This document shows, one piece after another, positions 28,692 to 41,631 of a stretch of DNA of 64,000 bases. Position numbers and translations under genes: made by a program. The stretch lies in assembly GCA_951406725.2 (NCBI GenBank), contig OX597839.1:2046001-2110000 (forward strand), written 5' to 3'. The notes beneath the pieces are model-generated. The model made no database searches. It was given only the letters and a program-made list of their open reading frames with translations, and had not been told where the DNA came from. The stretch's first letter is position 1. Each line of letters starts with the position of its first letter. This DNA is from Octopus vulgaris. Lineage: Eukaryota.

Positions 28692-28885
28692 GTAAGTCAA
28701 ACATCTCGATTCTAGCTATTTGCATGGAATTCTGTAATTCAATTTAATTTGAATTTATTTAATCAGAATACGTCGTATCGTTTCGTTTCATTCCATATTA
28801 TGCCAATTTATTCCGTTATACTCTATTCTTTGTTATATCTCGGGAGGACCTATACTAAACATATACACTGGTTGTACTTCACTTC

Positions 28886-29008
<123 letters not shown>

Positions 29009-29406
29009 TGCCTTTGCACAGCTTCTAACGCTTGAGATACACTACAGTGTCAGCTGTTCACTACCAGTGGACTAAGGTAACACCTCTTATTTTTCGAGCA
29101 CCTTCCGGAGTATTCGAGCGGTTCCAAGCAGTGCTGTTTTCTGCAAGTGCTCCACCCTATTGCAGCCCCTAAAGCGGTGAGCTGGCAGAGTCGTTAGCAC
29201 TCTGGACGAAATGCTTAGTGGTATTTCACCCGTCGCTACGTTCTGAGTTCAAATTCCGCTGAGATCGACTTTGCCTGTCACCCTTTCGGGGTCGATAAAT
29301 TAAATACCAGTGAAATTCTGTGGTCGATGTAATCAACTAGTCCCCTCCCGCAAAACTTCAGGCCTTAGTTTTTATGTTGTGTTCTTGATGTTTTTCTCTT
29401 CTCCAG

Positions 29407-29560
29407 TTGAGCAACCTTCCTAAACCGAGAGGGCTTTGCAGTACACGCGACTTAAAATATTTCTCAATGTACACCCCAGAAAATTGTGAAATTGACTGTT
29501 TCACGACGAGACTAAATGAGAGATGCAACTGCAGGCTTTTTTACATGCCTCATAAAAATG
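29407..29560 (+). CDS. DEG/ENaC exon: Cys-rich thumb
   Basis: ctccag|TTG...G|gtaggc, 154 nt; LSNLPKPRGLCSTRDLKYFSMYTPENCEIDCFTTRLNERCNCRLFYMPHKN. Confidence 0.95.
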
Positions 29561-29930
29561 GTAGGCTATTCTATCTATATATATTCTAATCTTATTTCAT
29601 ATTTCAGTTTCCGTCTACCAAATCCACTCACAAGGCATTGGTCGGCCCGAGAACAAAATTACATAAAAATATCTTGAAATACTAAAGGTCAATGGCGAGT
29701 ACACTATCCTCAGATTGACACCTAAACACTCTGAAATATTCGTATTGGAGCTTCCGGCGCGAATGCCAACCAGTACAGCATGTCGTTTCCAAATTTCTGT
29801 GAATTTCGTCATAATGCTGTTTTTCTCACAGACGGTGCTCAACTGACCCTACCATACTGTGTAGTCGACAAAAAATCATAAACATTGTGCATGCGCAAAA
29901 TTAAAAATATAAAATGGTGACATCGCATCA

Positions 29931-29987
<57 letters not shown>

Positions 29988-30404
29988 AAGAGAGAGAGAG
30001 ACAGACAGACAGACAGAGAGACAGACAGAAAGAGTGACAGACAAACAGAAAGAGACGGGGTGCATGGCACAATGGTTAGGGTGTTGCTCTCACGATCGCA
30101 AAATCTGGTTTCATTTCCTAGTACACCTGTTCAGAGTACTATTTTATCGTTGGTCGTCCTTTACAACAGGGCAAATACACTGGTTCTATTCATTTCTAGT
30201 GGCAAGAATGATGATGTATTATTGCCAAAAATACCTCACAGGGTACTAATATTCGAAAGCACCAGACTTATATATTTATATATTCCTTCATTTTTGGTTC
30301 ATGTAGCTGACAGCTGACTGCATATCTTTCAGCGATATACAATCGACTGTGTGTGTGTGTGTGTGTGCGCGCGCGCGTGTGTGTGTATGTGTGTGTGTGT
30401 GCTC

Positions 30405-30474
30405 ACTAGCGTAGCTAGAGTGTGTGCCACCCGGGGCGGACTGCTTCTACGACCCCTCCCCCTAGCTACGCTAG
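30405..30474. mobile_element. Tiny MITE-like inverted repeat
   Basis: actagcgtagctag...ctagctacgctagt perfect 14-bp IR. Confidence 0.5.
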
Positions 30475-30565
30475 TCTGTGTACCGCAGCCCAACGGCGAT
30501 GCACCAACTTGACCGCAGTTTTATCATTGAAACATTTGAAAGAATAAAAGAATAGAGATATATAA

Positions 30566-30636
<71 letters not shown>

Positions 30637-30637
<1 letters not shown>

Positions 30638-31000
30638 AGGGTGCGGTGAATAAACTATCGTCTAAATTACGCAAAAATGAAATATAACACTGACGTCTCA
30701 TTTTAACAGATATATTTAACAAAATTAGATAAAAATATCTTGAAGTACTAAAGGTTAATGGCGAGTACACTATCCTCAGATTGACACCTAAACACTCTGA
30801 AATATTCGTGTTGGAGCTTCCGGCGCGAATGCCAACCAGTACAGCATGTCGTTTCCAAATTTCTGCGAATTTCGTCATAATGCTGCTTTTTCTCACAGAC
30901 GGTGCTCAACTGACCCTACCATACTGTGTAGTCGACAAAAAAATCATAAACATTGTGCATGCGCAAAATTAGAAATATAAAACGGTGACATCGCATCCTG
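30637..31000 (-). mobile_element. Internally deleted maT/mariner element
   Basis: TA-CAGGGTGCG...CGCATCCTG-TA; carries transposase N-terminus MTKFAEIWKRHAVLVGIRAGSSNTNISECLGVNLRIV; partial duplicate at about 29660-29932. Confidence 0.75.
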
Positions 31001-31020
31001 TATGTGTGTGTGTGTGCGTA

Positions 31021-31065
<45 letters not shown>

Positions 31066-31457
31066 CGGGGTGCATGGCACAATGGTTAGGGTGTTGCTCT
31101 CACGATCGCAAAATCTGGTTTCAATTCCTAGTATACCTGCTCAAATTCATAGAGGAGTGTGCTGAGAACACATGTTTCATAAATCCTGATCTTTGTCTTG
31201 ATGTCTAATCTCTTGTTCTTCCATACTCGCTTTGTCAGCCTCCCAAAAGTTGTTGCTGCCTTCCCTATCCTGACGTTTTTGACTGCGGCCATGCTGGGGC
31301 ACCGCCTTTAGTCGAGCAAATCGACCCCAGAACTTTTTTTGTATACCTAGTACTTATTTTATCGGTCTCTTAGGCCAAACCGCTAAGTTACGGGGACGTA
31401 AAGACACCAACATCGGATGTCAAGCGATGTTGGGGGGACAAACACAGATACATAAAC

Positions 31458-31500
<43 letters not shown>

Positions 31501-31689
31501 TATATATATATATATACATATATACGATGGGCTTCTTTCAGTTTCCGTCTACAATTCTTTGGTAAGTCCGAGGCTATAGTAGAAGACACTTGCGCAAGGT
31601 GCCACGCAGTGGGAATGAACCCGGAACCATGTGGTTGGGAAGCAAGCTACATACCACACAGCCACTCCTGCGCCTTTTTTTATATAGAA

Positions 31690-31727
<38 letters not shown>

Positions 31728-31847
31728 ACGCACGCATATATGTAAGTATGTATGTATTATAATATCACTTAGCCATACCAGTATTCACAACCAGTTGTTA
31801 GCAATCTATACATTTATACTTTACGGTGAACCGGCAATACAGTAAAA

Positions 31848-32152
31848 TCTTTATATATAAAATTGAAGTTGTGTGTGAGAGACTCTGTCTCCTCCGATTT
31901 AGATTCCTAACTACTCCCACATTTTGCGGTGCAGTTTAACCAAAAGCAGGTATCTTATAGTCGTCATTCATATCGAGCCCTTCTGGGTATTAGCGCGCGT
32001 CTACGATGAGTCTACCATTTAAAAAAAAAATTACCATCATTTTTCCGCATTTTTAATGATTTTTGCTCGAGTTATATAAGGGAAGTAACTCTAAAAATGT
32101 TTATATAGTTATTTCCCTTACAAACCCGAGCAACGCCGGGCGATACTGCTAG
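31848..32152 (+). mobile_element. Non-autonomous Helitron-like element
   Basis: A|TCTTTATATATAAAA...cccgagcaacgccggg-cgatactg-CTAG|T: AT target, no TSD, subterminal hairpin. Confidence 0.85.
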
Positions 32153-32489
32153 TCAATTGATAAATGAATGACTAAAAGAACTTTCTAATCGCTTTCGTCT
32201 GTTTGCAACTGTTTGCCAATCAGCTCAGGGTGCATGCTTATTCATAGAAGAGGCATCTAAGAACTAATGATTGGGATGACGTAATTCCTGGTTCTTTTGC
32301 CATTCATTTATGAAATAACACACACACACACATGCACACACATTTTGGCGCTGTTTCTTTACTGAAAGGAATGTACGTATGTACGTGCTAGTTGTAACTG
32401 ATCTTAAAAGTATTTATTCTGTAAGTCTTGTGTAATTTCCATCAATTGCAGCAGCAGGTGTACCTCTTGCTCTATGTGTCACCGCTATA

Positions 32490-32584
<95 letters not shown>

Positions 32585-32643
32585 TATACATATATATATA
32601 CATATATATATATACATATATATATATACATATATATACATAT

Positions 32644-32689
<46 letters not shown>

Positions 32690-32706
32690 ATGTATATATA
32701 TGTATG

Positions 32707-32793
<87 letters not shown>

Positions 32794-33301
32794 CGTAGGA
32801 GTGGCTGTGTGGTAAGTAGCTTGCTTACGAACCACATGATTCCGGGTTCAGTCCCACTGCGTAGCACCTTAGGCAAATGTCTTCTACTATAGCCTCGGGC
32901 CAACCAAAGCCTTGTGAGTGGATTTGGTAGACGGAAACTGAAATAAGAGAAATGTTAAGATTAGTATAAATAGCTAAAGGGTGTGTGAATTTAATTTTTT
33001 TTATGTAACCAATTTTTGTATTAGACAATTAACTGTAAACTTTGTCCCATGGTTACTCAGTATGCTTGGATGAAGTAGTTGAAATTTATAGAAAAACAAA
33101 AGACAAGTGTAAGAACAACAAGCAAGTGTATTAATATGTCGCTCGGGAAAATGAAAAAGTATTTTATGTTTCGAGTCTACGCTCATAAACGGAAAGGAAT
33201 ACGAGAAAATAAAGAGAGAGAATGAAAAAAACTTATAGAATTCAGCAGTCCAACATGGCGAATACACACAAAGTTATATGTATCTATCTATTTATCTATC
33301 A

Positions 33302-33404
<103 letters not shown>

Positions 33405-34145
33405 CATACATACATACATACATACATACATACATACATACATACATACATACATACATACATACATACATACATACATACAAATATGCAGACGCACATG
33501 GCTTTGGGCCCACAAATTATGAGGTAGAGAGTTCGATTCCCAGAACGAGCTGTGGGTTGTGTTCTTGAGCAAGACACTTTATTTCACATTGATCCTCTTC
33601 ACCCAGGTCTAGAAACGGCTGAACGGTTAAAAAGCTTCGCTTCAAAATCATAGGGTCTCAATTTTGTCCTCTGTGCTTGATATGTTGGCAATTACCTTTT
33701 ATCATACCCTCGTGGCCATCTAAGCGCAGAGAGTGAGGTTGGGGAGACAGATACAGGATAGATTCCGTCTGAAGATTATGTCAAGTGTACACGTATCTGT
33801 TGAGTACTTAGTCACCCTTGTATAGAAATTCCATGAGCATGTATATAGCTCAGTTGATCGAACACATCAATACTTGTCGTCGAAACCGACTGGGGTCCAT
33901 TTCTTTTCAGTTTATATAAGTAATTACTGCTATTTTCTGTAACATTACGTGGATCTTTTCAGTTTGGCTTCCAATTTTTCAAAAATTGAATGTTTACTGA
34001 AAATTTTAAAATTTGGTATATTAATGTAGTTTTCCAAGCTGAATCTCGGCATATATTTCACTTTTACCTGAAAATTAGCCCCCAAACTGAAAAAAATCTC
34101 ATTAGGTATCTATAATTATTTGTCTATTTCATTTTATTTCATAAG

Positions 34146-34202
34146 ATTACCCGCCTGTCTGTACTCTAAAACAACAACAGGACTGTTATCTACCGAATAA
34201 AG
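34146..34202 (+). CDS. DEG/ENaC 57-nt thumb exon
   Basis: cataag|AT...G|gtgagt; DYPPVCTLKQQQDCYLPNK supplies the two thumb cysteines otherwise missing and bridges phases 1-1. Confidence 0.88.
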
Positions 34203-34832
34203 GTGAGTATGTTTACGATGGATTTAGCAAACATCCAAACATATAATGTATGTATATGTTTTTTATTCGATTTTATTACCGATGTGTTTAATTTCTACAT
34301 CACTTTTCCTCAACAGTTAATCCCATTATATAAGAGATTCCGTTAATTTGAAATGTTATAGCCTCTTGTCAAAATACATACATGCACAAATACACACACA
34401 CATACATGTATATATTCTTTTATTCGTTTCGGCCATGCAGCTACGATATATATCTATTAGATAATACGAATGGCTTTTAATTAAAAGCAATATAAACATT
34501 AAAATCGTGGATAGTTAAGTTTAATTTTAAAAATTCACAAAATGAAAGGCACTCCTCTGGTTCAGGGTAGTTGTTACAATATCTGCAACAGAGGGGAAAA
34601 ATTTCAAACAAAATCGTTTTAGAAATGAAGAATATAGAAAACATAAACGGAGCGAATTATTTAAAGAAAAATATTGAAACAAGGCGAATGAGTATCACAG
34701 ATAAATATATAAGTTTGTGCGGTTCTCTAGCGGATATTTTTTATAGGGGAGATAATCATTTCTTCGCAACATTTGGCGGGAAACGAAATTTGAATTTGAA
34801 ATTTAGGAATTCGATGCATAGCATTCATATAT

Positions 34833-34965
<133 letters not shown>

Positions 34966-35365
34966 ACAGTTGAAGGGCAGATGTCAATTCATTACACCCG
35001 TTTCTAAAGGACGTTGAACGAAACACCCATGTTTCCAGAGGTGAATTATTCAAACCCCAAAGAATCCCTCTCAACACATGACTATGATGCTCCCCCATTA
35101 CTTCTGCTCGTGATCAGAGATGCACATATCGTCAGCACTAAGGGACATACTCAACAGGTTAAGGTCAAACAACTGACAAGCAAATCTGTGGTATTGAGAA
35201 GAATATTTGCTGTAGCCCATCTTTTATACCAAGACAAAACTACGTACATGATAACACTTCCAATCAGTTAAGACCAGAAGCCACGAGAGCTACTGCCTGG
35301 TATCGCATCAGGGCAACCATGAAAGCCACTGCCTGGTACTGCATCAGGGCAATGGTGACCTATTA

Positions 35366-35426
<61 letters not shown>

Positions 35427-35440
35427 CATCATCATCATTA

Positions 35441-35510
<70 letters not shown>

Positions 35511-35683
35511 CATTATTATTATTATTATTCTATGTTTGACTTTTGTTTTATATTTGCATAAGCTGGCTCCAAGTCTCACCCAGAGACCTCAAGAGACAAC
35601 AAGTTGGAAGTTCGTGTTGGTGCTATGCCTATGGTGCCATATATTTAGTTTTTTACTTAGTGTTGTACTTGGTGTTATTATTA

Positions 35684-35741
<58 letters not shown>

Positions 35742-35797
35742 TATTATTATTATTATTATATAAGCACACACATGCATTTTTGTTTCTTGTTTTGTAG

Positions 35798-37319
35798 CTG
35801 AAATATTGGATCTTGTACGCAAAACGTGCGTTTGTCCAGTTCCGTGCAAATCTTTACTGTTTGAGCCAACAGTCTCTTATGCCACGACATCGACTTACGC
35901 CGTTCAGTCTCTCATGAATCGCATCTTGAGTACCGGCGTCAAAGAAAAATTCATTCGAGCCAGAGAAGTCACCAACCGCATGCAACTCAAAGTCTTCAAC
36001 AGAACAAGGGATTTGTTAATCAACCTTGAAAACAGTTTTCGCCCAATTAAAGCCTTCTTCGATGTCGATCTCTCCAATCGTATCAACAGCCAAATTGAAA
36101 TTATTAACAATTTGTATAACACCACCAAAGAACAATGGGCGCTAAAACAGGATCTGAATAAATACCAGATATACGTCACCGAGAAAAATTTCATTCGTGG
36201 AAGGGAAGCCATGGAAGAAAGGACACTGAAATATTTGGGCTTCGATTTTATCAGTTTCGTTTTTCGAATGGATGAACAGATTAGAAGTCTCGTCGACCCA
36301 GAAATTATTACAAAAAACCTTAAAGACATGATCTACTTTCTAATTAATAGGGATTGTAAGGAACACCTTCAGAAAAATATGAAAGCTCTTGGAAACTACA
36401 CTGAATTATACGATTCTTTAACGAATGGAATACCAATTTTCAGATATAAATATAAGAAAATTCCCCGGAGTCATAACCTCCATATAGTACCGCGACTGCT
36501 TTTCAACAGGTCACTCACTTATTCTAATTATTCAAAAAAATATAGTCGCATGGTTCCATTACGTATCAATGAAATTATAGAATATCTCGGAGAATACATG
36601 GAATTAGCGAACGACACTTACCAAACGGGTATATTGAATATGAGTAGGTTAGACATTGTATCTCACCGTTATGGCAAGGCCTGCAAGAACTACAACTTCG
36701 CTAAAAGCGCATTCTATTATTACTGTCTCGATTGGGCTTTAGAAGAAGTGAAGAAGAAAGAAGTAGACTTTCAAATGCTTTGGAATGATTACGAAAATGT
36801 CGCCAAAGATATAATGCTTAATCTAAATAACGTCAATTCCCTACTTTCTTCTCTTCAGGCGAACATAATCGCAGATTTGGATGCTGGTATTAAGTTAGCA
36901 AACGATTACTTAAACGATACAATCTCCAAGAGACGATTAGCTTCCATGTTAAGTTCACAGAAAACTTACGAAGGTGTAAATAATTTACAAGCCTTCTTTA
37001 GCGAAGTTCGATCCCGAGGAACATTGCTCTATGACAACTGGAAAAAATTGTCGCAAGCTTCCGTTGCCATTTGGAAGTCTATTTTCATGGATGAAGACTG
37101 CTTTGAATATTACAACTTTGCTAATATAACGCAGTTCCAGGAAAATCCGGGCGATAAGATAAACGAAATAGAACGAACTCACGAGGACGTCCGGAATGTG
37201 TACGACTTTCGTCATCTCATTGGAAACAAGGATCGAATTTTATTTCACGATTTCAAAAAGATTCTTAACGACATGAATAATTTTGAAGAATCTTTGAAAA
37301 TAGACGACAAATTTATGAG
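35798..37319 (+). CDS. DEG/ENaC giant exon: end of thumb, palm strand and about 455-aa knuckle insertion
   Basis: ttgtag|CT...AG|gtaagg, 1522 nt with no stop; starts AEILDLVRKTCVCPVPCKSLLFEPTVSYA and ends EESLKIDDKFMR; corresponds to ORF 35806..37323. Confidence 0.92.
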
Positions 37320-37361
37320 GTAAGGGTCAAGATCTTAATTTTGCAATACAATATAACACTC

Positions 37362-37752
37362 GGATCTTTTCGGTTTGAACGGCAGTTTTTTCTAGCAGTG
37401 TCATGTGAAATTGTCACCCATAATTATGACCCTAGTATCGATCTATTGCATTTCAATCTGTTTTAGGGTTAAGGTTAGTTAGGGTTAGGGGTGGGGGGAA
37501 GGGTATCATTTTTTTCTTCACAAATGTAAATAAATCCAATCTGTTTCTTAAACGAGGGACATATTCATACGACACAGAATGTTTTTTTTACCTCAATAGA
37601 CGTCAGTGATTGGTTGAAATTGCAGAAATTGAAGAAAAAAAACAACAAATATCTTACAAACTATAGAATTTTCTCAATAAAGCCAAGAGAAAGTTTAAAA
37701 TGTTTTAGTTACCTAGAAATTGTTAAAAACTGCCGTTCAAACCGAAAATATC
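37362..37752. mobile_element. MULE-like MITE
   Basis: TIR gatcttttcggtttgaacggcagttttt / aaaaactgccgttcaaaccgaaaatatc; 9-bp TSD ataacactc/ataacgctc; internal ttaggg-like repeats. Confidence 0.75.
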
Positions 37753-37849
37753 ATAACGCTCTTAAGTGCAGGCTTGGCTGTGTGTTTAAGAAACTTGCTT
37801 TACAACCACGTGGTCTCATGTTCAGTCCCACTGTGCAGCACCTTAGGCA

Positions 37850-38227
37850 TGGAGGCGCAATGGCCCAGTGGTTAGGGCAGCGGACTCGCGGTCGGAGGAT
37901 CGCTGTTTCGATTCCCAGACCGGGCGTTGTGTGTGTTCATTGAGCGAAAACACCTAAAGCTCCACGAGGCTCAGGCAGGGGGTGGTGGCGACCCCTGTTG
38001 TACCCTTTTCCCCAACTTTCTCTCACTCCTTCTTCCTGTTTCTTGTCCCCGACTTCCTACGCAACCGCTGAGCCTGGATGTACATTCATTCATCCATCCG
38101 TCGATGCTCTCGGTGTCGGGGGTTGACCTGCTTTCTCTTCTGCGGGTCTTACGAATAGCAAAGGACCACGTTTCGGACTTCTCCCATCTTGCGAGCCCTG
38201 GGACGAAGACCGTTCGCTCAACAGCAA
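37850..38227 (+). mobile_element. tRNA-derived SINE (family C head, different tail) nested in a family B SINE
   Basis: 14-bp TSD cagcaccttaggca at 37836 and 38228. Confidence 0.85.
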
Positions 38228-38310
38228 CAGCACCTTAGGCAAGTGTTTTTTCTACTATAGACCCAGGCCTGTTGATGTTTTGTGAGTGAATTTGGTAGAC
38301 AAAAACTGTA

Positions 38311-38390
<80 letters not shown>

Positions 38391-39005
38391 CGTGTCTGTG
38401 TGTGTTAAAGGTTATCGTTTTAAAGCAAGTTTTAAGATATTTACTGGTGGGAGATTAAAGTCAACTACAACTTAACAATATACATTTATGTGTCTGTGTT
38501 TGTAAGGCTCAGTGGTTAAAGCATCGGGCTCACAATCATGAGCTTGTGAGTTCGATTCCCAGACCAGGCTGGGTATTGTGTTCTTGAGCAAGACACTCTG
38601 TCTCACGTTGCTCCAGTTCACTCAGCTGTAGAAATGAGTTGCGACGTCACTGGTGCCAAGCTGTATCGACCCCACTTGCCTTTCTCTTGGATATCATCAG
38701 TGGCGTAGAAAGGGGGTCTGGTATGCATGGGCGATTGCTGATCTTCCATAAACAACCTTGCCTGGACTTGTGTCTCGGAGGAGAACTTTCATGGGGAACT
38801 TTCTAGGGGCAATCCCATGGTCATTCCTGACCGAAGTGGGGTTCAGCAGCAGCAATATATATAGGGATGGTATTATTAAAATATCATCACAAGTGGTAAG
38901 CCGTACAGGCAAATTAATAAAATATATACATACAATATTTATTATGTATATACATATACAAGGGTACTACATGAGTACCTATATCGCCAATGATAGAAGT
39001 CAATT

Positions 39006-39041
<36 letters not shown>

Positions 39042-39088
39042 CGATTTTTTTCTTCTGTCTTCCCTTCTCTGGATCTTTCTTCTCCTAT

Positions 39089-39123
39089 GTTTCCGACGAA
39101 GAGCTCCGCTCGAAACGTTAAAC
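39089..39123 (+). ncRNA. Minimal hammerhead motif, CCGACGA core variant
   Basis: gtttCCGACGAagagctccgctcGAAAcgttaaac, same repeat family as 12083. Confidence 0.55.
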
Positions 39124-39224
39124 CCTCCTTCTTCCCTTCTTTCCTGAGCGTCCAATAATACTATATTTGTTCCACGTCCTCGCGTTGTTCTGTTTTTTTT
39201 TTTTGTGCTTTCTTGTTTGGATTA

Positions 39225-39276
<52 letters not shown>

Positions 39277-39389
39277 TAATATTAATAATTGTTAAATTTC
39301 AAAATAATATAAATTAATTTATGTATTGGATTAAGTCTTTCTTTGTTTGATTTGCATAATAGTGGTTTTGTCTCTAATTTATTATAATT

Positions 39390-39438
<49 letters not shown>

Positions 39439-39635
39439 TATCAAGTTAGAGGAGTTTAATACCCCTAAGGGATAATTAAATACAGAGTCGCCACCCTCAT
39501 CTCTGCTTCTTGCTTCTTTGTTACCTATTTTAAGACATCTTTCTAATTTTTTTATGCGTGTGTATATGCTGTGAATAAGTTGGTTTATGTGGATGTCCAG
39601 CAAATGATAGCTTATGTACATTTTTCATGTTGCAG

Positions 39636-39727
39636 GGATAACATTTTAGAATTAGCTGTTTATTACCGAGAATTAAGCTACGAAGAAATCAAGCACCAAA
39701 TTGGCTACTATTTCTTTTCACTCCTCT
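39636..39727 (+). CDS. DEG/ENaC exon: last palm strands to start of TM2
   Basis: ttgcag|G...T|gtaagt, 92 nt; DNILELAVYYRELSYEEIKHQIGYYFFSLL. Confidence 0.95.
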
Positions 39728-40491
39728 GTAAGTTGTTCCTTTCTTTACTGAAAATTACAAACGACATTCCTCTGTCTTGAGGAAGGGGGGCATTTTATGG
39801 TATTACATTCAAGGTGGCGAACTGGGAGAAACGTTAGCATACCGGGCGAAATGCTTAGCGGTATTTCGTCTGCCGTTACGTTCTGAGTTCAAATTCCGCC
39901 GAAGTCGACTTTGCCTTTCATCCTTTTGGGGTCGATTAAATAAGAACCAGTTACTCACTAGGGTCGATACAATCGACTTAATCCGTTTGTCCTCTCTGTG
40001 TTTAGCCCCTTGTGGGTAGTAAAGAAATAGGTATTTCGTCAGCCTTTATGTCCTGAGTCCAAATTCCACCAAGGTCGACTTTCCCTTTCATCTTTTCGGG
40101 GTTGATAAATTAAGTACCAGTTGTGTACTGAGGTTGATCTAATCGACTACCCATCTCCCTAAAAATGTCGGGCCTTGTGCCTAGAGTAGAAAAGAATACC
40201 ATATATTACAGAACCTATAATTTAAATTTTAAATTTTTGAGGAAAAATTTCCTTTAAATGCATAGATTTTACAGTATTTCAGTTTGTATTTGAATATTGT
40301 TAACCCCTTCATTGTTATAAAAGTTTGAAAAATACTCTGCCTTTGTTCCAATCAATTTTCAAAATAATGAAGAATTTAGTAAATATAACTTTGCCATTGT
40401 TAAATCGGTTCTTAGAACGTAAATTAAGAAGAAATTTTGATGGAAGGGTTTCATTCAGATCACTTTAATTCTTTGTTACAATATTTCTATT

Positions 40492-40876
40492 GGATGGAAG
40501 CACTCCGTCGGTTACGACGACGAGGGTTCCGGTTGATCCGAATCAACGGAACAGCCTGCTCGTGAAATTAACGTGTAAGTGGCTGAGCACTCCACAGACA
40601 CGTGTACCCTTAACGTAGTTCTCGGGGATATTCAGCGTGACACAGAGAGTGACAAGGCCGACCCTTTGAAATACAGGTACAACAGAAACAGGAAGTAAGA
40701 GTGAGAGAAAGTTGTGGTGAAAGAGTACAGCAGGGATCACCACCATCCCTGCCGGAACCTCGTGGAGCTTTAGGTGTTTTCGCTCAATAAACACTCACAA
40801 CGCCCGGTCTGGGAATCGAAACCGCGATCCTATAACCGCGAGTCCGCTGCCCTAACCACTGGGCCATTGGGCCTCC
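40492..40876 (-). mobile_element. Full-length tRNA-derived SINE (family C, tail type 1)
   Basis: Near-identical to 59406-59795; 14-bp TSD acaatatttctatt. Confidence 0.9.
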
Positions 40877-40892
40877 ACAATATTTCTATTAA

Positions 40893-41442
40893 CCCTTTCA
40901 TTACCAGCCTGGCTGAAATCGGCTCTGAGTACAAATGCCTTGTTTCCATAAGTTTTGAATTAAAATCTTCCACCAAACCTTAGTCAAAATTTATGTTCCT
41001 AACACTAGCTGAATGATAACTAAGTTATTTTACTAAATTCTTGGTTATATTTAAAATTAATTGAAAGAAACACAGAGCATCTCAACAGAAATATGGTAAC
41101 AAATATCTTATTTCCATAAGTTTTGAATTAAAATCTTCCACCAAACCTTAGTCACAATTTATGTTCCTAACACTAGCAGAATGATAACTAAGTTATTTTA
41201 TGAAATTCTTGGTTATATTTAAAATTAATTGAAAGAAACACAGAGCATCTCAACAGAAATATGGTAACAAATGTCTTGTTTTGATAAGTTTTGAATTAAA
41301 ATCTTCCACCAAACCTTAGTCACAAATTATGTTCCTAACACTAGCAGAATGATAACTAAGTTATTTTACTAAATTCTTTGTTATATTTAAAGTAATTGAA
41401 AGAAACACACAGCATCTCAAAATAAATATAATAACGAAAGGG
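40893..41442. mobile_element. piggyBac-like MITE with 3 x 168-bp internal tandem repeat
   Basis: TTAA-CCCTTTC...GAAAGGG-TTAA; ataagttttgaattaaaatcttccacc at 40948, 41116 and 41284. Confidence 0.8.
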
Positions 41443-41631
41443 TTAAAATATACTACTTTTGATTTGGTTAATTTTTTAAATAATGAAGATCTTAGTGGAA
41501 TAATTTTGTCACTATTAAGTTGGTGTTTGGAACATAAATTAACATGGAATTTCACCAAATTAATTTCTGGTAGCTATTAGATAAAATTTAATTATTTTCT
41601 AAAAATTAACCTCATTTTTGTATAATTTCAG

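Noticed and set aside
35904-36329. Antisense 141-aa ORF (and 36985-37215)
   Set aside because: Shadow frames of the giant coding exon with no independent features.
35806-37323. The 505-aa ORF as a stand-alone or horizontally acquired gene
   Set aside because: It has no true ATG start, begins with DEG/ENaC thumb cysteines and is bounded by phase-compatible splice sites of the channel gene.
37463-37490. TTAGGG-like repeats as an interstitial telomere
   Set aside because: Only a few degenerate units, internal to a TIR element.
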